Counted from the first letter of the stretch, positions 47,401 through 58,158 are shown. The stretch: 64,000 bases of DNA from Patescibacteria group bacterium (GCA_018969615.1 JAGWYA010000001.1:54567-118566), one strand, 5' to 3'. Made by a program: numbers and translations. The notes: a model not told the origin generated them from the letters alone.

Positions 47401-47850
47401 ATGGAACACCATCACGCAAAAAAACTGAATTGGGCCTTTCTGGCGGTAAGCTTTACCGGCCTGATGGATGCCCTCTATCTTTCGATCGAACGGCTGCGCG
47501 GGCAGGCGGTCTTATGTAATATCATCCAGGGATGCGACAAAGTGACCTCGAGCGCTTATTCCACGCTTCTGCACATTCCGGTTGCCTATCTCGGCGTCCT
47601 TTATTATTTTCTGATCTTCCTCTTCGCCTTGTGGTTCCTGGCCACGAATAACCACACCTCGCTCACCCTTGCGGCAAGTATGACCGTTGTCGGCCTCCTT
47701 GCGTCCGCCTGGTTCGTCTATCTGCAGTTCTTCGTGATCAAAGCGATCTGCGTCTATTGTCTCTTGTCCGCAACAACCTCGACGCTCCTGTTCGTTTTTG
47801 GCATATACTACCTGATCCGCAAACTGAGAAAGGTCGGCTTACCAAAATAA
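47401..47850 (+). CDS. vitamin K epoxide reductase (VKOR) family protein
   Basis: 4-5 TM, loop Cys pair (CNIIQGC) and CxxC (CVYC); leaderless (TATACT 8 nt upstream). Confidence 0.65.
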   Translation: MEHHHAKKLNWAFLAVSFTGLMDALYLSIERLRGQAVLCNIIQGCDKVTSSAYSTLLHIPVAYLGVLYYFLIFLFALWFLATNNHTSLTLAASMTVVGLLASAWFVYLQFFVIKAICVYCLLSATTSTLLFVFGIYYLIRKLRKVGLPK

Positions 47851-47863
47851 TAATCATTGCTTT

Positions 47864-48346
47864 ATGGACCATAAACATCTTATAGGAAAAATTACCTTGT
47901 TCGCGCTTCGCGTTTCGCTCGGTGCGATGTTCTTATACGCGGGTATGACCAAGCTGCTGGACCCGACCTGGTCAGCGGCGGGGTACCTCCTCGGCGCAAA
48001 ATCGTTCACCGGATTTTACCAGTGGCTCGCCCAGCCGGGCATCCTGCCGGTGGTTAATTTTCTAAACGCATGGGGACTGACCCTTCTGGGACTTGCGCTT
48101 ATCTTAGGCATTGGCGTCCGCCTTGCGTCCGATCTCGGTGCGATCCTGATGCTGCTCTATTACGGAGCGCTTTCATTCCCGTTCCCGAGCGCGACCGCGT
48201 TCATCATTGATGACCATATCATCTATGCGATCGTTCTGCTGTATCTTGCGGCCGTCGGCGCAGGGCAGGTTTGGGGATTGGAAGAATGGTGCATGCACAC
48301 GTCGTTCTGCAAGCGCCATCGCATTATTCACTACCTGCTGGCCTGA
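47864..48346 (+). CDS. DoxX family membrane protein
   Basis: LFALRVSLGAMFLYAGMTKL DoxX N-terminus, 4 TM. Confidence 0.65.
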   Translation: MDHKHLIGKITLFALRVSLGAMFLYAGMTKLLDPTWSAAGYLLGAKSFTGFYQWLAQPGILPVVNFLNAWGLTLLGLALILGIGVRLASDLGAILMLLYYGALSFPFPSATAFIIDDHIIYAIVLLYLAAVGAGQVWGLEEWCMHTSFCKRHRIIHYLLA

Positions 48347-48374
48347 TCATTATTCATTAATTACTTTAAGAAGT

Positions 48375-49073
48375 ATGAAAAAACTATTCGGAGGGATCGT
48401 CATCAGCGCGCTCGTGCTTATGCTGCATGGATCGGCATCAGCCGCCGCAGCGCCGACACCAACTCAGACAGCTCAGGACCCCGAAACTGCGGGTCTTCAG
48501 CTCCTCCAGCAACTCCAGTCGGGTCAGCGTTCCTGCGCAAACCTTTCGCAAAATGATTTTGACCTGCTCGGCGATTATTTCATGGGACAAATGATGGGGA
48601 ACTATCACGAGACCATGGACAGCATCATGCAGCAGAACCTCGGCGATGCCGGGGACACCGCTATGCATGTTGCGATGGGCGAACGGTTCAGCGGCTGCAA
48701 CACCGCCGCCACGCTCCCTTTTTCAGGGAATAACGGTTTTTATCCCATGGTCGAGATGATGAACGGCGCGTACGCAAATTCCGCGGCGAACGGCTACGGC
48801 ATGATGGGAAGCAGTTATGCACCAACGGCATACCCGGCAGGCAAGGGGATGATGGGTGACTGGGGATATGAATGGTCCTGGTTCTCGTGGATCTGGGTCG
48901 TTCTCTGGTATGCCCTTGCAGTTGTTCTGGTCATACTTGGCATCCGCTGGCTCCGGAAGTCGCATCTGATCGGCGGACACCATTCCTCAATGGAGATCCT
49001 GAAAGAACGCTATGCGAAAGGCGAGCTTACCAAAGAACATTTTGAGGAAATGCGAAAGGAGCTTCTGAGGTAA
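48375..49073 (+). CDS. secreted/membrane protein with C-terminal SHOCT domain
   Basis: Signal peptide, C-terminal TM + ILKERYAKGELTKEHFEEMRKELL (SHOCT); track ORF 48207 trimmed to the ATG after the DoxX stop. Confidence 0.55.
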   Translation: MKKLFGGIVISALVLMLHGSASAAAAPTPTQTAQDPETAGLQLLQQLQSGQRSCANLSQNDFDLLGDYFMGQMMGNYHETMDSIMQQNLGDAGDTAMHVAMGERFSGCNTAATLPFSGNNGFYPMVEMMNGAYANSAANGYGMMGSSYAPTAYPAGKGMMGDWGYEWSWFSWIWVVLWYALAVVLVILGIRWLRKSHLIGGHHSSMEILKERYAKGELTKEHFEEMRKELLR

Positions 49074-49115
49074 TGTGATATACTGAAACTAAATCATTCA
49101 TCACTATTTATTCTC

Positions 49116-49892
49116 ATGGACACAAAGATAAAAAATTATGCAGGTATCGCCGCGATCGTACTGATGGCAGCCGTCGCAGTGGCGACCGTGTGGTTCGTTT
49201 ATTCCTATACGAAGGTCATCACGCCGACGTCATTCCGCAGTTTTAACGTCACCGCGGAAGGGAAGACCTATGCGATCCCGGATGTCGCGCAATTCAGCTT
49301 CACGGTCCTCACCGAAGGCGGAACTGACCTGACCACGCTTCAGCAGGAGAACACCGCGAAAGCGAACCAGGCGATCGCAGCGGTAAAAGCCGACGGCGTT
49401 GCCGACAAGGATATCCAGACGCAGGGGTACACCGTCCAGCCGCGCTACCAGTATTGCCAGCCTGACATAAAAACAGGGACGACCTGCCCGCCGCCGGCGA
49501 TCGTGGGATATACCATTCAGCAAACGGTCATGGTCAAAGCGCGTGATTTCTCCAAGATAGGGGATATGCTCAGCAAAGTGGTCTCCGCCGGCGCGAACTC
49601 GGTCTCACAGCTGAGCTTCACGCTTGATGACCCGACCAGCGCACAGAATACCGCCATGGCGCAGGCGATCGAAAAAGCGAAGGCGAAAGCGGTATCGATC
49701 GCGCAGGCAGGCGACTTCGAGCTGGGACGGCTTCTCTCCATCCAGGAAGACAATAATACGCCGTCGCCGATCGTCCGTTTCGCTTCAGCGAGCGTAGCGG
49801 TACCTGAAGCAGCCGCGCCGTCTCCGGCGGTCCAGTCCGGATCACAGGAAGTGGACGTCTCGGTCACGCTTCAATACGAGATCGGGAACTAG
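49116..49892 (+). CDS. SIMPL-domain (DUF541) protein
   Basis: N-terminal TM then SIMPL pattern (RSFNVTAEGKTYAIPDVAQFSFTV..QGYTVQPRYQY); bidirectional terminator 49908-49945. Confidence 0.7.
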   Translation: MDTKIKNYAGIAAIVLMAAVAVATVWFVYSYTKVITPTSFRSFNVTAEGKTYAIPDVAQFSFTVLTEGGTDLTTLQQENTAKANQAIAAVKADGVADKDIQTQGYTVQPRYQYCQPDIKTGTTCPPPAIVGYTIQQTVMVKARDFSKIGDMLSKVVSAGANSVSQLSFTLDDPTSAQNTAMAQAIEKAKAKAVSIAQAGDFELGRLLSIQEDNNTPSPIVRFASASVAVPEAAAPSPAVQSGSQEVDVSVTLQYEIGN

Positions 49893-49962
49893 CAGTTTCG
49901 TTCAACATAAAAATACGCCCGTATACAGCGGGCGTATTTTTATTTACAATGACAATATTCAC

Positions 49963-50739
49963 ATGAAGCCCAAAGCACGCACATCATGGGGCGACGTCTC
50001 CGAGTGGTATGACACCCTTCTCGAAGAAACGCCGGGAACCTACCAGAAGGAAGTGATCCTTCCGGAGCTTTTACGCCTCATGGAACTCAACTCGGGAACC
50101 GTGGTCGCCGACATCGCATGCGGCCAGGGATTCTTCAGCCGCGCCTTCGCGCAAAAAAGCGCGCGCGTCGTCGCCGCTGACATCGCCCCTGAGCTTATCG
50201 CCGCCGCAAAACAAAATACGCCTCCGTCGCTGCAAAAAAGGATCCGCTATGAGGTTTCGCCGGCGGACCATCTTGCGGCGATCTCAACGCACAGCACCGA
50301 TGTCGCCACGATCATTCTGGCGATCCAGAACATCGAGAATGTGAACGGCGTTCTTGGTGAAGCGGCGCGCATCCTCAAGCAGAACGGGCGGCTCTTCATC
50401 GTTATGAACCACCCCGCGTTCCGCATCCCGAAAGAAAGCGCCTGGGGCTGGGATCCGAAAACGCAAACGCAATACCGCCGGCTCGACCGCTATATCTCGG
50501 AATCAAAAGTGAAGATCCAGATGCATCCCGGCGACAAGCCGGAAGAGCATACGATCTCATTCCACCGTCCGCTCCAATTTTATGCAAAAGCGCTTCGGAA
50601 ACACGGATTTCTGATCTCCCACATGGAGGAGTGGACCTCGCATAAACAAAGCCAACCGGGGCCCCGGGCGGCCGCGGAAGACCGCGCACGGAAAGAATTC
50701 CCGTTATTCCTCTGTATTGAAGCGATCCGCCACGTATGA
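49963..50739 (+). CDS. class I SAM-dependent methyltransferase
   Basis: Motif I VVADIACGQGFFS, motif post-I, Rossmann fold. Confidence 0.8.
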   Translation: MKPKARTSWGDVSEWYDTLLEETPGTYQKEVILPELLRLMELNSGTVVADIACGQGFFSRAFAQKSARVVAADIAPELIAAAKQNTPPSLQKRIRYEVSPADHLAAISTHSTDVATIILAIQNIENVNGVLGEAARILKQNGRLFIVMNHPAFRIPKESAWGWDPKTQTQYRRLDRYISESKVKIQMHPGDKPEEHTISFHRPLQFYAKALRKHGFLISHMEEWTSHKQSQPGPRAAAEDRARKEFPLFLCIEAIRHV

Positions 50740-50742
50740 TCT

Positions 50743-52428
50743 ATGCCTAGGAAGAAGTATTTGTATACTCTGACCGCGATCCTCGTATGCGCATCGGTAT
50801 TGCGCATCTATGGTCTTTCGCGCGGTGATACCGTCAGCGACGAAGTATTCATGGCCTTTCGCGGACTCGGCATGATCGATTTCGCCGCCGCGCCGACACA
50901 AACAACGCCGTGGGAATGGTGGGATCCAGTCACGAACCCGGGGCAGGCGAGCGCCGTGCCGTGGTGGGCGAAACTGTCCATGCATGACCATCCCTGGGGT
51001 GTTCCGTTTATTCAGCATGTCTCCATGTCGCTCTTCGGTGAAAGCCGGTTCGGATTCAGGCTGCCCTCGGCGCTCCTGGGAATAGCCTCTGTGTGGCTGC
51101 TTTACGCTATCGGCAGTGCGCTTTATAGCGAAGGCGTCGGACTGATCGCCGCGGGGATCCTTGCGATCACCGTCAACAGTGTTTATATTTCCCGCATCGG
51201 GCTCCAAGAGGCATATGTGATATTTTTCATGCTTCTCGCAACGTTGGTATTCTTAAAGTCGCTCCGCGATCCGCGCTTTTTGTTTTGGACCAGTGTCGTG
51301 ATCGGCATCGGAGCCGAAATGAAGTATACGACCCTGATCGTCGTCCCGATCTTCCTGACATATCTTGCGCTCACCAAACGATCCTCTTTCAAACAAAAAT
51401 ATCTGTGGTATGGGATCGGCGTATTCCTCGTTCTGATCAGTCCGTCCGTCATCTATAATATCGGCCTTTATCATGCAGTCGGTCATTTTGATCTCCAATT
51501 CTCATATGCCCTCCATCAAAATCCGACGCAGTGGGTCTCGGCGCCGGGGAAGGACATCGGCAGCCTCGGGGATCGCATCAAGGAATTCGTTCCTAATCTG
51601 ATCAAAACGAACTCCTGGATGCTTCTGCTTGCCTATGCCGCAAGTCTTCTTTCATTCGTCTGGATCCTTTTCAAAAAACCGCTGGATACGCTTCAGAGAC
51701 ACGGCTTCCTGATCACCGCAACGGTCTTCCTGGCGATACTCATGCTTCTGGTCGGCCCCTCATATCGTTTTCTCACGATGCTGACTCCCTTCATTGCCAT
51801 AACGGTCGCGCTGTTCATCGCGCGCACCTACGCCGTCTTCCCGAACGCGCGTATTCTTTTATGGACCGTCGGAGCCGCTCTGATCGCGTTCGAGATGTTC
51901 TATTCGTTCAACAGTCAGATAGCCTATTATCCGGTCGGGCAGTTCCCGTGGGCATGGTCCGCCGTCCGCTACGAGAACTACAACTGGGGGTATAATGCGC
52001 TTGATTCCTATCTGCAAAGCGAGCTCGGCGATAAGATGCCGGGAGTGACCTTTAATGTGAAATATCAATTCCTGGAACTGATGCGCGAACAGGCGATCGC
52101 GCAAGACCAGGCCCAGGGACTGCCGGCGTATCCCGCCCTCATCGTCTACAACGGGAACTTCGACGGCGGCGCGAAGCTCTGGGTGCTCGACCGCTACAGC
52201 TTCTATGATGCCTGGCCGATCATCGATCTTGCGACCTATCAGCAGTATCTCCGGGAGAACGGCGATACCTATGTTGAACAAAGCGGCTTCAAAGTGCTTT
52301 ACTTTATACAAGAAACGAACGAAGTGCCCGAAGGGGATCTCAGCGCGCTGACCGGCGGATCATTGACCCAGATCACCGATCCGCGAGGGGACGTCGTATT
52401 CAATGTCTATAAAACATTCCTTCCGTAA
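50743..52428 (+). CDS. GT-C family glycosyltransferase (GT39/ArnT/PMT-like)
   Basis: ~12 TM, N-terminal DE-containing loop, large C-terminal periplasmic domain. Confidence 0.75.
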   Translation: MPRKKYLYTLTAILVCASVLRIYGLSRGDTVSDEVFMAFRGLGMIDFAAAPTQTTPWEWWDPVTNPGQASAVPWWAKLSMHDHPWGVPFIQHVSMSLFGESRFGFRLPSALLGIASVWLLYAIGSALYSEGVGLIAAGILAITVNSVYISRIGLQEAYVIFFMLLATLVFLKSLRDPRFLFWTSVVIGIGAEMKYTTLIVVPIFLTYLALTKRSSFKQKYLWYGIGVFLVLISPSVIYNIGLYHAVGHFDLQFSYALHQNPTQWVSAPGKDIGSLGDRIKEFVPNLIKTNSWMLLLAYAASLLSFVWILFKKPLDTLQRHGFLITATVFLAILMLLVGPSYRFLTMLTPFIAITVALFIARTYAVFPNARILLWTVGAALIAFEMFYSFNSQIAYYPVGQFPWAWSAVRYENYNWGYNALDSYLQSELGDKMPGVTFNVKYQFLELMREQAIAQDQAQGLPAYPALIVYNGNFDGGAKLWVLDRYSFYDAWPIIDLATYQQYLRENGDTYVEQSGFKVLYFIQETNEVPEGDLSALTGGSLTQITDPRGDVVFNVYKTFLP

Positions 52429-52431
52429 CGC

Positions 52432-53577
52432 ATGATCTCATTTACCATCACGAAACGATCGAAAAAAAGCAGGGCCCGCCTGGGCATCCTGAAAACGCCG
52501 CACGGGACCGTACAGACGCCGGCTTTCGTGCCGGTCGCAACTCAAGCCGCCGTTAAAGCGCTCACGAGCGAGCAGGTGATGCGGACAAAGACCCAGATCC
52601 TTATCTCGAACACGTTCCATTTGCATATCCGACCGGGCGAGAAAGTGGTCAAAGCGGGCGGCGGGATCCAGAAGTTCATGAATTTACAGAAACCCTTTAT
52701 GACCGACTCCGGCGGATTCCAGGTCTTCAGTCTCGGCTTCGGCAAGGACTTCGGCATGGGAAAGATCCTTTCTCAAAAACAAAAACAGAACACATCGATC
52801 CAGGTCGGACAACAGCCGAAACTGCTCAAGATCACCGAGGACGGCGTCCTGTTCCGCGCGTATACCGACGGACGAGAAATGTTCCTCGGCCCGAAAGAAT
52901 CGATCGCGATCCAGCAGGCGCTGGGAGCCGACATCATCCTTGCCTTCGACGAATGCACTTCGCCGATCGCCGATCATGAATACACCCAGCGATCGCTTGA
53001 AAAGACCCACCGGTGGGCGAAGGTGTGCCTCAAAGCGAAAACCAGTGATCAGGCGCTCTATGGGATCGTCCAGGGAGGAAAGTTCAAGGATCTGCGTATT
53101 GAAAGCGCGCAGTTCATCGGAGGCCTTCCGTTCGACGGTTTCGCCATCGGAGGTGAGTTCGGCGACAACAAAGCGATCATGAGCAAAATGCTCCGCTGGA
53201 CCATTCCGGAACTGCCGGATGAAAAGCCGCGGCATCTGCTCGGCATCGGCTATCTTGAGGATATGCCGAAGATCATTGCCGAAGGCGTCGACACCTTCGA
53301 CTGCATCGTTCCGACGCATTACGCCCGCCGCGGCGTCGCGTTCACGTCCCGCGGAGAACTGGAGCTCAGCAAACAAAAATTCCTGAACGACCGCGCCCCG
53401 ATCGACCGGAACTGCGGATGCGAGGTCTGCCAAGGAGGCTATACCCGGAGCTATCTGACCCATCTGCTGCGCGCGAAAGAGATCGCCCCGCTCACCCTTA
53501 TCACGATCCACAATCTGTTCTTTTTCAATACCTACGTTGAGCGCTTGCGCGCGGCGATCGCACAAGGGAAGTTATGA
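52432..53577 (+). CDS. tgt: queuine tRNA-ribosyltransferase
   Basis: TGT TIM-barrel motifs (TPAFVPVAT, MTDSGGFQV, LGIG) and C-terminal Zn site CGCEVCQ. Confidence 0.9.
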   Translation: MISFTITKRSKKSRARLGILKTPHGTVQTPAFVPVATQAAVKALTSEQVMRTKTQILISNTFHLHIRPGEKVVKAGGGIQKFMNLQKPFMTDSGGFQVFSLGFGKDFGMGKILSQKQKQNTSIQVGQQPKLLKITEDGVLFRAYTDGREMFLGPKESIAIQQALGADIILAFDECTSPIADHEYTQRSLEKTHRWAKVCLKAKTSDQALYGIVQGGKFKDLRIESAQFIGGLPFDGFAIGGEFGDNKAIMSKMLRWTIPELPDEKPRHLLGIGYLEDMPKIIAEGVDTFDCIVPTHYARRGVAFTSRGELELSKQKFLNDRAPIDRNCGCEVCQGGYTRSYLTHLLRAKEIAPLTLITIHNLFFFNTYVERLRAAIAQGKL

Positions 53578-54611
53578 CCGCTTTAGAACGCCTTCTTGCG
53601 CAATACGATTATTCGTTCCCGGAACGCCTGATCGCGCAGCGGCCCGCCTCGCCGCGCGACGCGGCGCGCCTCCTTGTCTTTGACCGGCGCACGAAGCGCA
53701 CGCATTTCAGCACCTTCGCGCATCTCGCAGCATTCCTTCCGGACAATGCCGTGCTGGTTTTTAATGATACCAAAGTGATCCCGGCCCGCTTCACGGTCAC
53801 GAAACCGACCGGCGGCAAAGCGAAACTTCTGTACCTCGCAACCGAAGGGCGTACTATTCGGGTTATGGCCGATCGGAAACTGACGATCGGCTCCCGCCTT
53901 ACGCTTGCGCCGAGGCTTTCCTTCACCGTATCCGGCAAAAAAGAAAAATATTATTATCTTCGCCCGTCCTTTCCGTTGGCGCGCCTCTTCAGCGTCCTGG
54001 AGCGCTACGGCACAACGCCGATCCCGCCGTATATCAAACACGCATCGCTTTCCGAAAAAAAGCTCCGCACGAGCTATCAGACGATCTTTGCCCAGACAAA
54101 AGGATCGGTTGCCGCACCCACGGCATCGCTTCATTTCACCAAACGGCTCCTTGCGGCGCTGAAAAAACGGGGGATCCGCATCGTTTTCGTAACCCTGCAC
54201 GTGAACATCGGCACCTTTGCGCCGCTGACCGAAGCTCAGCTCGCCACAGAGCGGCTCCATGAAGAATATTATGAGATCGCTCCAAAAACCGCCGCGATCC
54301 TCAACGCCGCAAAAAAAGCGGGGGATCCGGTCATCGCCGTAGGCACCACTTCCGCGCGCACGGTGGAATCCGCATGCGACCGGTCAGGAAGGGTCTCCGC
54401 CGGCGCGGGTTCGACCGAGCTCTTCATCCGTCCGCCGCATACTTTCAAATGCATCACCGGGCTGATCACGAACTTTCACGTCCCCCGATCAAGCCTGATG
54501 ATGCTTGTAAGCGCATTGGTCGGCCGGCAGACGCTTTTACGCCTCTATCGATCTGCGATCAAAAAACGGTTTCGGCTCTTTTCATTTGGAGACGGCATGC
54601 TCCTCCTCTGA
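53574..54611 (+). CDS. queA: S-adenosylmethionine:tRNA ribosyltransferase-isomerase
   Basis: QueA N-terminus (LAQYDYSFPERLIAQRPASPRDAARLLV) and core; overlaps the tgt stop. Confidence 0.85.
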   Translation: MTALERLLAQYDYSFPERLIAQRPASPRDAARLLVFDRRTKRTHFSTFAHLAAFLPDNAVLVFNDTKVIPARFTVTKPTGGKAKLLYLATEGRTIRVMADRKLTIGSRLTLAPRLSFTVSGKKEKYYYLRPSFPLARLFSVLERYGTTPIPPYIKHASLSEKKLRTSYQTIFAQTKGSVAAPTASLHFTKRLLAALKKRGIRIVFVTLHVNIGTFAPLTEAQLATERLHEEYYEIAPKTAAILNAAKKAGDPVIAVGTTSARTVESACDRSGRVSAGAGSTELFIRPPHTFKCITGLITNFHVPRSSLMMLVSALVGRQTLLRLYRSAIKKRFRLFSFGDGMLLL

Positions 54612-54663
54612 AAATGCCCGAAAGACGCATGCAGAACGGTCCGGGACGCGGTATACTAAGAAT

Positions 54664-55806
54664 ATGAAATATGGATTGCTTTTAGCGGGCGTACTCCTTC
54701 TCGTCGCTCCTTTTGCCTATGCAGGGACACCGCAACGGGCCCTTCTTTTAGCGCAAACAAGCGCCGTTACCGCAGCAAGTCTCGGGATCAGCGACTCGGG
54801 ACTTTTGCCGACGAATCCGTTCTACTTCATCAAAGAGTGGGGGAGAGCGATCATGCGTGCGACCACAGCAAGCGGAGCCCCTCAGGCGAACCTCGAACTG
54901 CGGTTCATCAATGAAAAGGCTGCCGAGCTTCAGCAAGTTGACCAGATCAGCGGTATGAATGCCAGTGCGCTCACGACCGCACTCCGCTCCTATATCCGAG
55001 AGCAGGGGATGCTTCAGAGTAGTCTTCAGGCGTTACCGGAAATAAGCCAAGACCCAAGGGTCACTGATGTCCTCACCGCGATCAGCGCGCTCACCCCGAG
55101 CCATGAACGGCTTTTGGATGCGCTTGCACAAGAATATAACGGAGAGACTGTCGTTGAGAACCTTCTCTCTTCCGCGAAAGGCCTTCTGGAACAATCACTG
55201 CTTACCGCAGCGGGGAAAGCAGCCCCCGACCAGTTCGCGCAGATATTCCAAACGGCTTTGACGGAAGGTCTGTCGGGAGACCTTAAGAACACCTACGCCG
55301 CCGAGATCGTCGGGCGCTTGCAGGCGGCGGCGCCGCAGCCGATCAGCGATGCGCTCGCTCCGGCCTATGCAGGGTTTACGGCCCAAAGCGCCGCGGAAGT
55401 GCAGACATTCCTCGCGACCGCTTCACTGAGCGATGCGACCGCCGCACTTCAAGAGCTTCCTGATTCTCCGGAACGGCAGAATGTCGGGATCCAGATCTAT
55501 GAGAAACAAAAACGGGATCTGGAAGCGCCGCGCGCGGCAGCGGTACTCGTCTTGCCGTCAAGCGGCTCGACATCGACCAGCGCGATCCTGTGCAGCACCA
55601 TTAAAAGCAACTTTGACGATCTCTGGAACCTGTTCAAAACAGACCGAATGTCCAATCAGGAATACCTTCAAAAATATGCGGTATTGAGGGATCAATATGC
55701 GAATTGCCAGCTTCCGACCATCCTACCGTCTTATCCCGCAAGCAGCACGCCTGCGGTATCTTCTCCAGGGACGACCACGCCGGCCGCTGTCCCGGCAACG
55801 CCTTAA
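54664..55806 (+). CDS. secreted DUF5667-like protein (paralogue of 5786-7021)
   Basis: Signal peptide; PTNPFYFIKEWGR motif mirroring PASPFYFLTQWGE; leaderless (TATACT 7 nt upstream). Confidence 0.55.
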   Translation: MKYGLLLAGVLLLVAPFAYAGTPQRALLLAQTSAVTAASLGISDSGLLPTNPFYFIKEWGRAIMRATTASGAPQANLELRFINEKAAELQQVDQISGMNASALTTALRSYIREQGMLQSSLQALPEISQDPRVTDVLTAISALTPSHERLLDALAQEYNGETVVENLLSSAKGLLEQSLLTAAGKAAPDQFAQIFQTALTEGLSGDLKNTYAAEIVGRLQAAAPQPISDALAPAYAGFTAQSAAEVQTFLATASLSDATAALQELPDSPERQNVGIQIYEKQKRDLEAPRAAAVLVLPSSGSTSTSAILCSTIKSNFDDLWNLFKTDRMSNQEYLQKYAVLRDQYANCQLPTILPSYPASSTPAVSSPGTTTPAAVPATP

Positions 55807-55812
55807 CGCCTT

Positions 55813-56517
55813 ATGTTTCGCCGATTTACAGATCAGAATACGCTTTTTTGTTTTTCACCCGCGGTCATGCTTCTGACCTCGATCACAGAAGGGGTTCTTT
55901 TTCTCTATACCGTCATTCGCTACCGCATGACCCGATTCGGGCAGCTTGCGGCGCTCGCGCTGCTCCTCTTGGGGTTGTTCCAGATCGCCGAATATCAGAT
56001 CTGCGGAGGGAATGCGCCCTGGTTCTGGGCGCGGATAGGACTCGTTGCGATCACGCTCTTGCCTCCGCTAGGCGTCCATTTGATCTCGTTCCTTACCCGG
56101 GAGCGCTCGTTTGTCCGCGCAGGCTACGCAGGAGCGGCGGTCTTCGGCGGGATCTTTGCGTTCATACCCGACGCCATTACCGGAACGACCTGCGGAGGCA
56201 ATTATATCATCTTTAACACCCTGCATCCGCTGGGGGGGCTCTACGGAATCTATTATTTTGGCTTTCTCTTTTTGGGCCTCTGGAAGATCGGTGTTACACT
56301 AAGAAAAGCAGTCCGGCACGAACGCTCGCTTCTCATCTGGATGGCCATCGGATACGCCTCGTTCCTCCTTCCGATGGGGATCGTCTATTCGCTTTCACCG
56401 GCAACGCGGCAGGGGGTCCCGTCCATCATGTGCGGATTTGCCATTACTCTGGCTCTGATCCTCGGCATCCTGGTCACGCCTCGCGCCCATTCATTGCATA
56501 TCATTAATCATTCCTAA
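55813..56517 (+). CDS. polytopic membrane protein (7TM-like), unknown function
   Basis: ~7 predicted TM helices, Gly-rich. Confidence 0.45.
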   Translation: MFRRFTDQNTLFCFSPAVMLLTSITEGVLFLYTVIRYRMTRFGQLAALALLLLGLFQIAEYQICGGNAPWFWARIGLVAITLLPPLGVHLISFLTRERSFVRAGYAGAAVFGGIFAFIPDAITGTTCGGNYIIFNTLHPLGGLYGIYYFGFLFLGLWKIGVTLRKAVRHERSLLIWMAIGYASFLLPMGIVYSLSPATRQGVPSIMCGFAITLALILGILVTPRAHSLHIINHS

Positions 56518-56520
56518 TCT

Positions 56521-58158
56521 ATGCCGTTGGTAGACGATCTCAAAAAGATCATTAAAGGAGAAGTGCTCGCGGACGACGCCACACGGGCGAAATTCAGCCA
56601 TGATGCAAGTCTTTTCGAGCTGCGCCCGCAGGTCGTGGTCGCGCCGAAAGATGTCGAGGATATCCAGGCATTGGTGAAGTATGTCACCGAAAAACGGAAG
56701 GCGGGGGAGACGATCTCGATCACGGGACGGTCCGGCGGAACCGATATGAGCGGCGGCGCACTGACCGAATCGATCGTCCTCGATTTTTCCAAGCACTTTA
56801 CCCGCATCAAAAATATCAGCAATTTTTCCGCGGTCGTTGAACCCGGCGTCTACTACCGCGATTTTGAAAAAGAAACCCTGAAACAAAACCTTCTTCTACC
56901 GACCTATCCCGCCTCCCGGGAGATCTGCATGATCGGCGGCATGGTCTCGAACAACTCCGGCGGAGAGAAGACCCCCGCCTACGGCAAAACCGAAGATTTC
57001 GTGATCGGACTGAAGATGATCCTCAGTGACGGAAAAGAATATGTGATCAAGCCGCTTGATAAAGCCGAACTTCAGCAAAAGATGAAGGAACCGACCTTTG
57101 AAGGAAAGCTCTATAAGAAAATGTACGACCTGGTCTCCAAGAACTATGACCTGGTCAAAAAGGCGAAACCTGACGTCACCAAAAACTCCGCGGGATACGA
57201 CCTGTGGAATATCTGGGACGGGGAAACATTCGATCTGACCAAGCTTTTCGTCGGGTCCCAGGGGACGCTCGGTATGGTCACTGAAGTGAAGTTCCGCCTG
57301 GTCCAGCCGAAGAAATATTCGAAACTTGCCGTGATCTTTTTGCGCAATCTTGATCCGCTTCCGGAGATCATCAAAAAAGTACACGCGCTCAAACCGGAAA
57401 GCTTTGAATCGTACGATGACAATACGTTGAAACTGGCGATCAAGTTCATTCCGGACCTCATCAAGGTCCTAAAGCCGAAGAACCTCTTCAAGCTCGGCTG
57501 GAGCTTCCTTCCGGAGATGCGCATGGTCCTGACCGGCGGATGGCCGAAACTGGTGCTCCTCGCGGAATTCACCGGCGACAACGAGAAAGAAGTGGATGCG
57601 CGCATGCATGAACTTTCCACGCAGCTGCAGCCGATGCATCTCGCGTTCCGCATGATCCATGACGAGGACGAAGCGAACAAGTACTGGGTCATCCGCCGCG
57701 AGAGCTTCAACCTGCTCCGCAAACACGTCAAAGACAAGCGGACCGCCCCATTCATCGACGACTTCATCGTTCGGGCGGAAAAGATCCCCGAGTTCTACCC
57801 GCGGCTGAACGCGATCCTCAAAAAATACGATATCTTCTATACGATCGCCGGACACGTCGGCGACGGAAACTTCCACATCATCCCGTTGATGAACCTCAAG
57901 GACCCGCGCTCGAAGCAGATCATCGAAAAACTTTCGGGAGAGGTTTACAAGCTCGTGCTTGAATATCACGGATCCATCACCGCGGAACACAACGACGGCC
58001 TGATCCGGACGCCGTACCTCGAAGAAATGTTCGGTTCTGAGGTCTACGAACTATTCAAAGAAACAAAGAAGATCTTCGATCCGCTGGATATCTTCAATCC
58101 GGGAAAGAAAGTGGACGGCAACATGAAATACGCCTTCGACCACCTGGTCAAATCCTAA
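56521..58158 (+). CDS. FAD-linked oxidase (GlcD/D-lactate dehydrogenase family)
   Basis: FAD_binding_4 N-domain (GRSGGTDMSGG) and C-terminal FAD-oxidase domain. Confidence 0.8.
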   Translation: MPLVDDLKKIIKGEVLADDATRAKFSHDASLFELRPQVVVAPKDVEDIQALVKYVTEKRKAGETISITGRSGGTDMSGGALTESIVLDFSKHFTRIKNISNFSAVVEPGVYYRDFEKETLKQNLLLPTYPASREICMIGGMVSNNSGGEKTPAYGKTEDFVIGLKMILSDGKEYVIKPLDKAELQQKMKEPTFEGKLYKKMYDLVSKNYDLVKKAKPDVTKNSAGYDLWNIWDGETFDLTKLFVGSQGTLGMVTEVKFRLVQPKKYSKLAVIFLRNLDPLPEIIKKVHALKPESFESYDDNTLKLAIKFIPDLIKVLKPKNLFKLGWSFLPEMRMVLTGGWPKLVLLAEFTGDNEKEVDARMHELSTQLQPMHLAFRMIHDEDEANKYWVIRRESFNLLRKHVKDKRTAPFIDDFIVRAEKIPEFYPRLNAILKKYDIFYTIAGHVGDGNFHIIPLMNLKDPRSKQIIEKLSGEVYKLVLEYHGSITAEHNDGLIRTPYLEEMFGSEVYELFKETKKIFDPLDIFNPGKKVDGNMKYAFDHLVKS

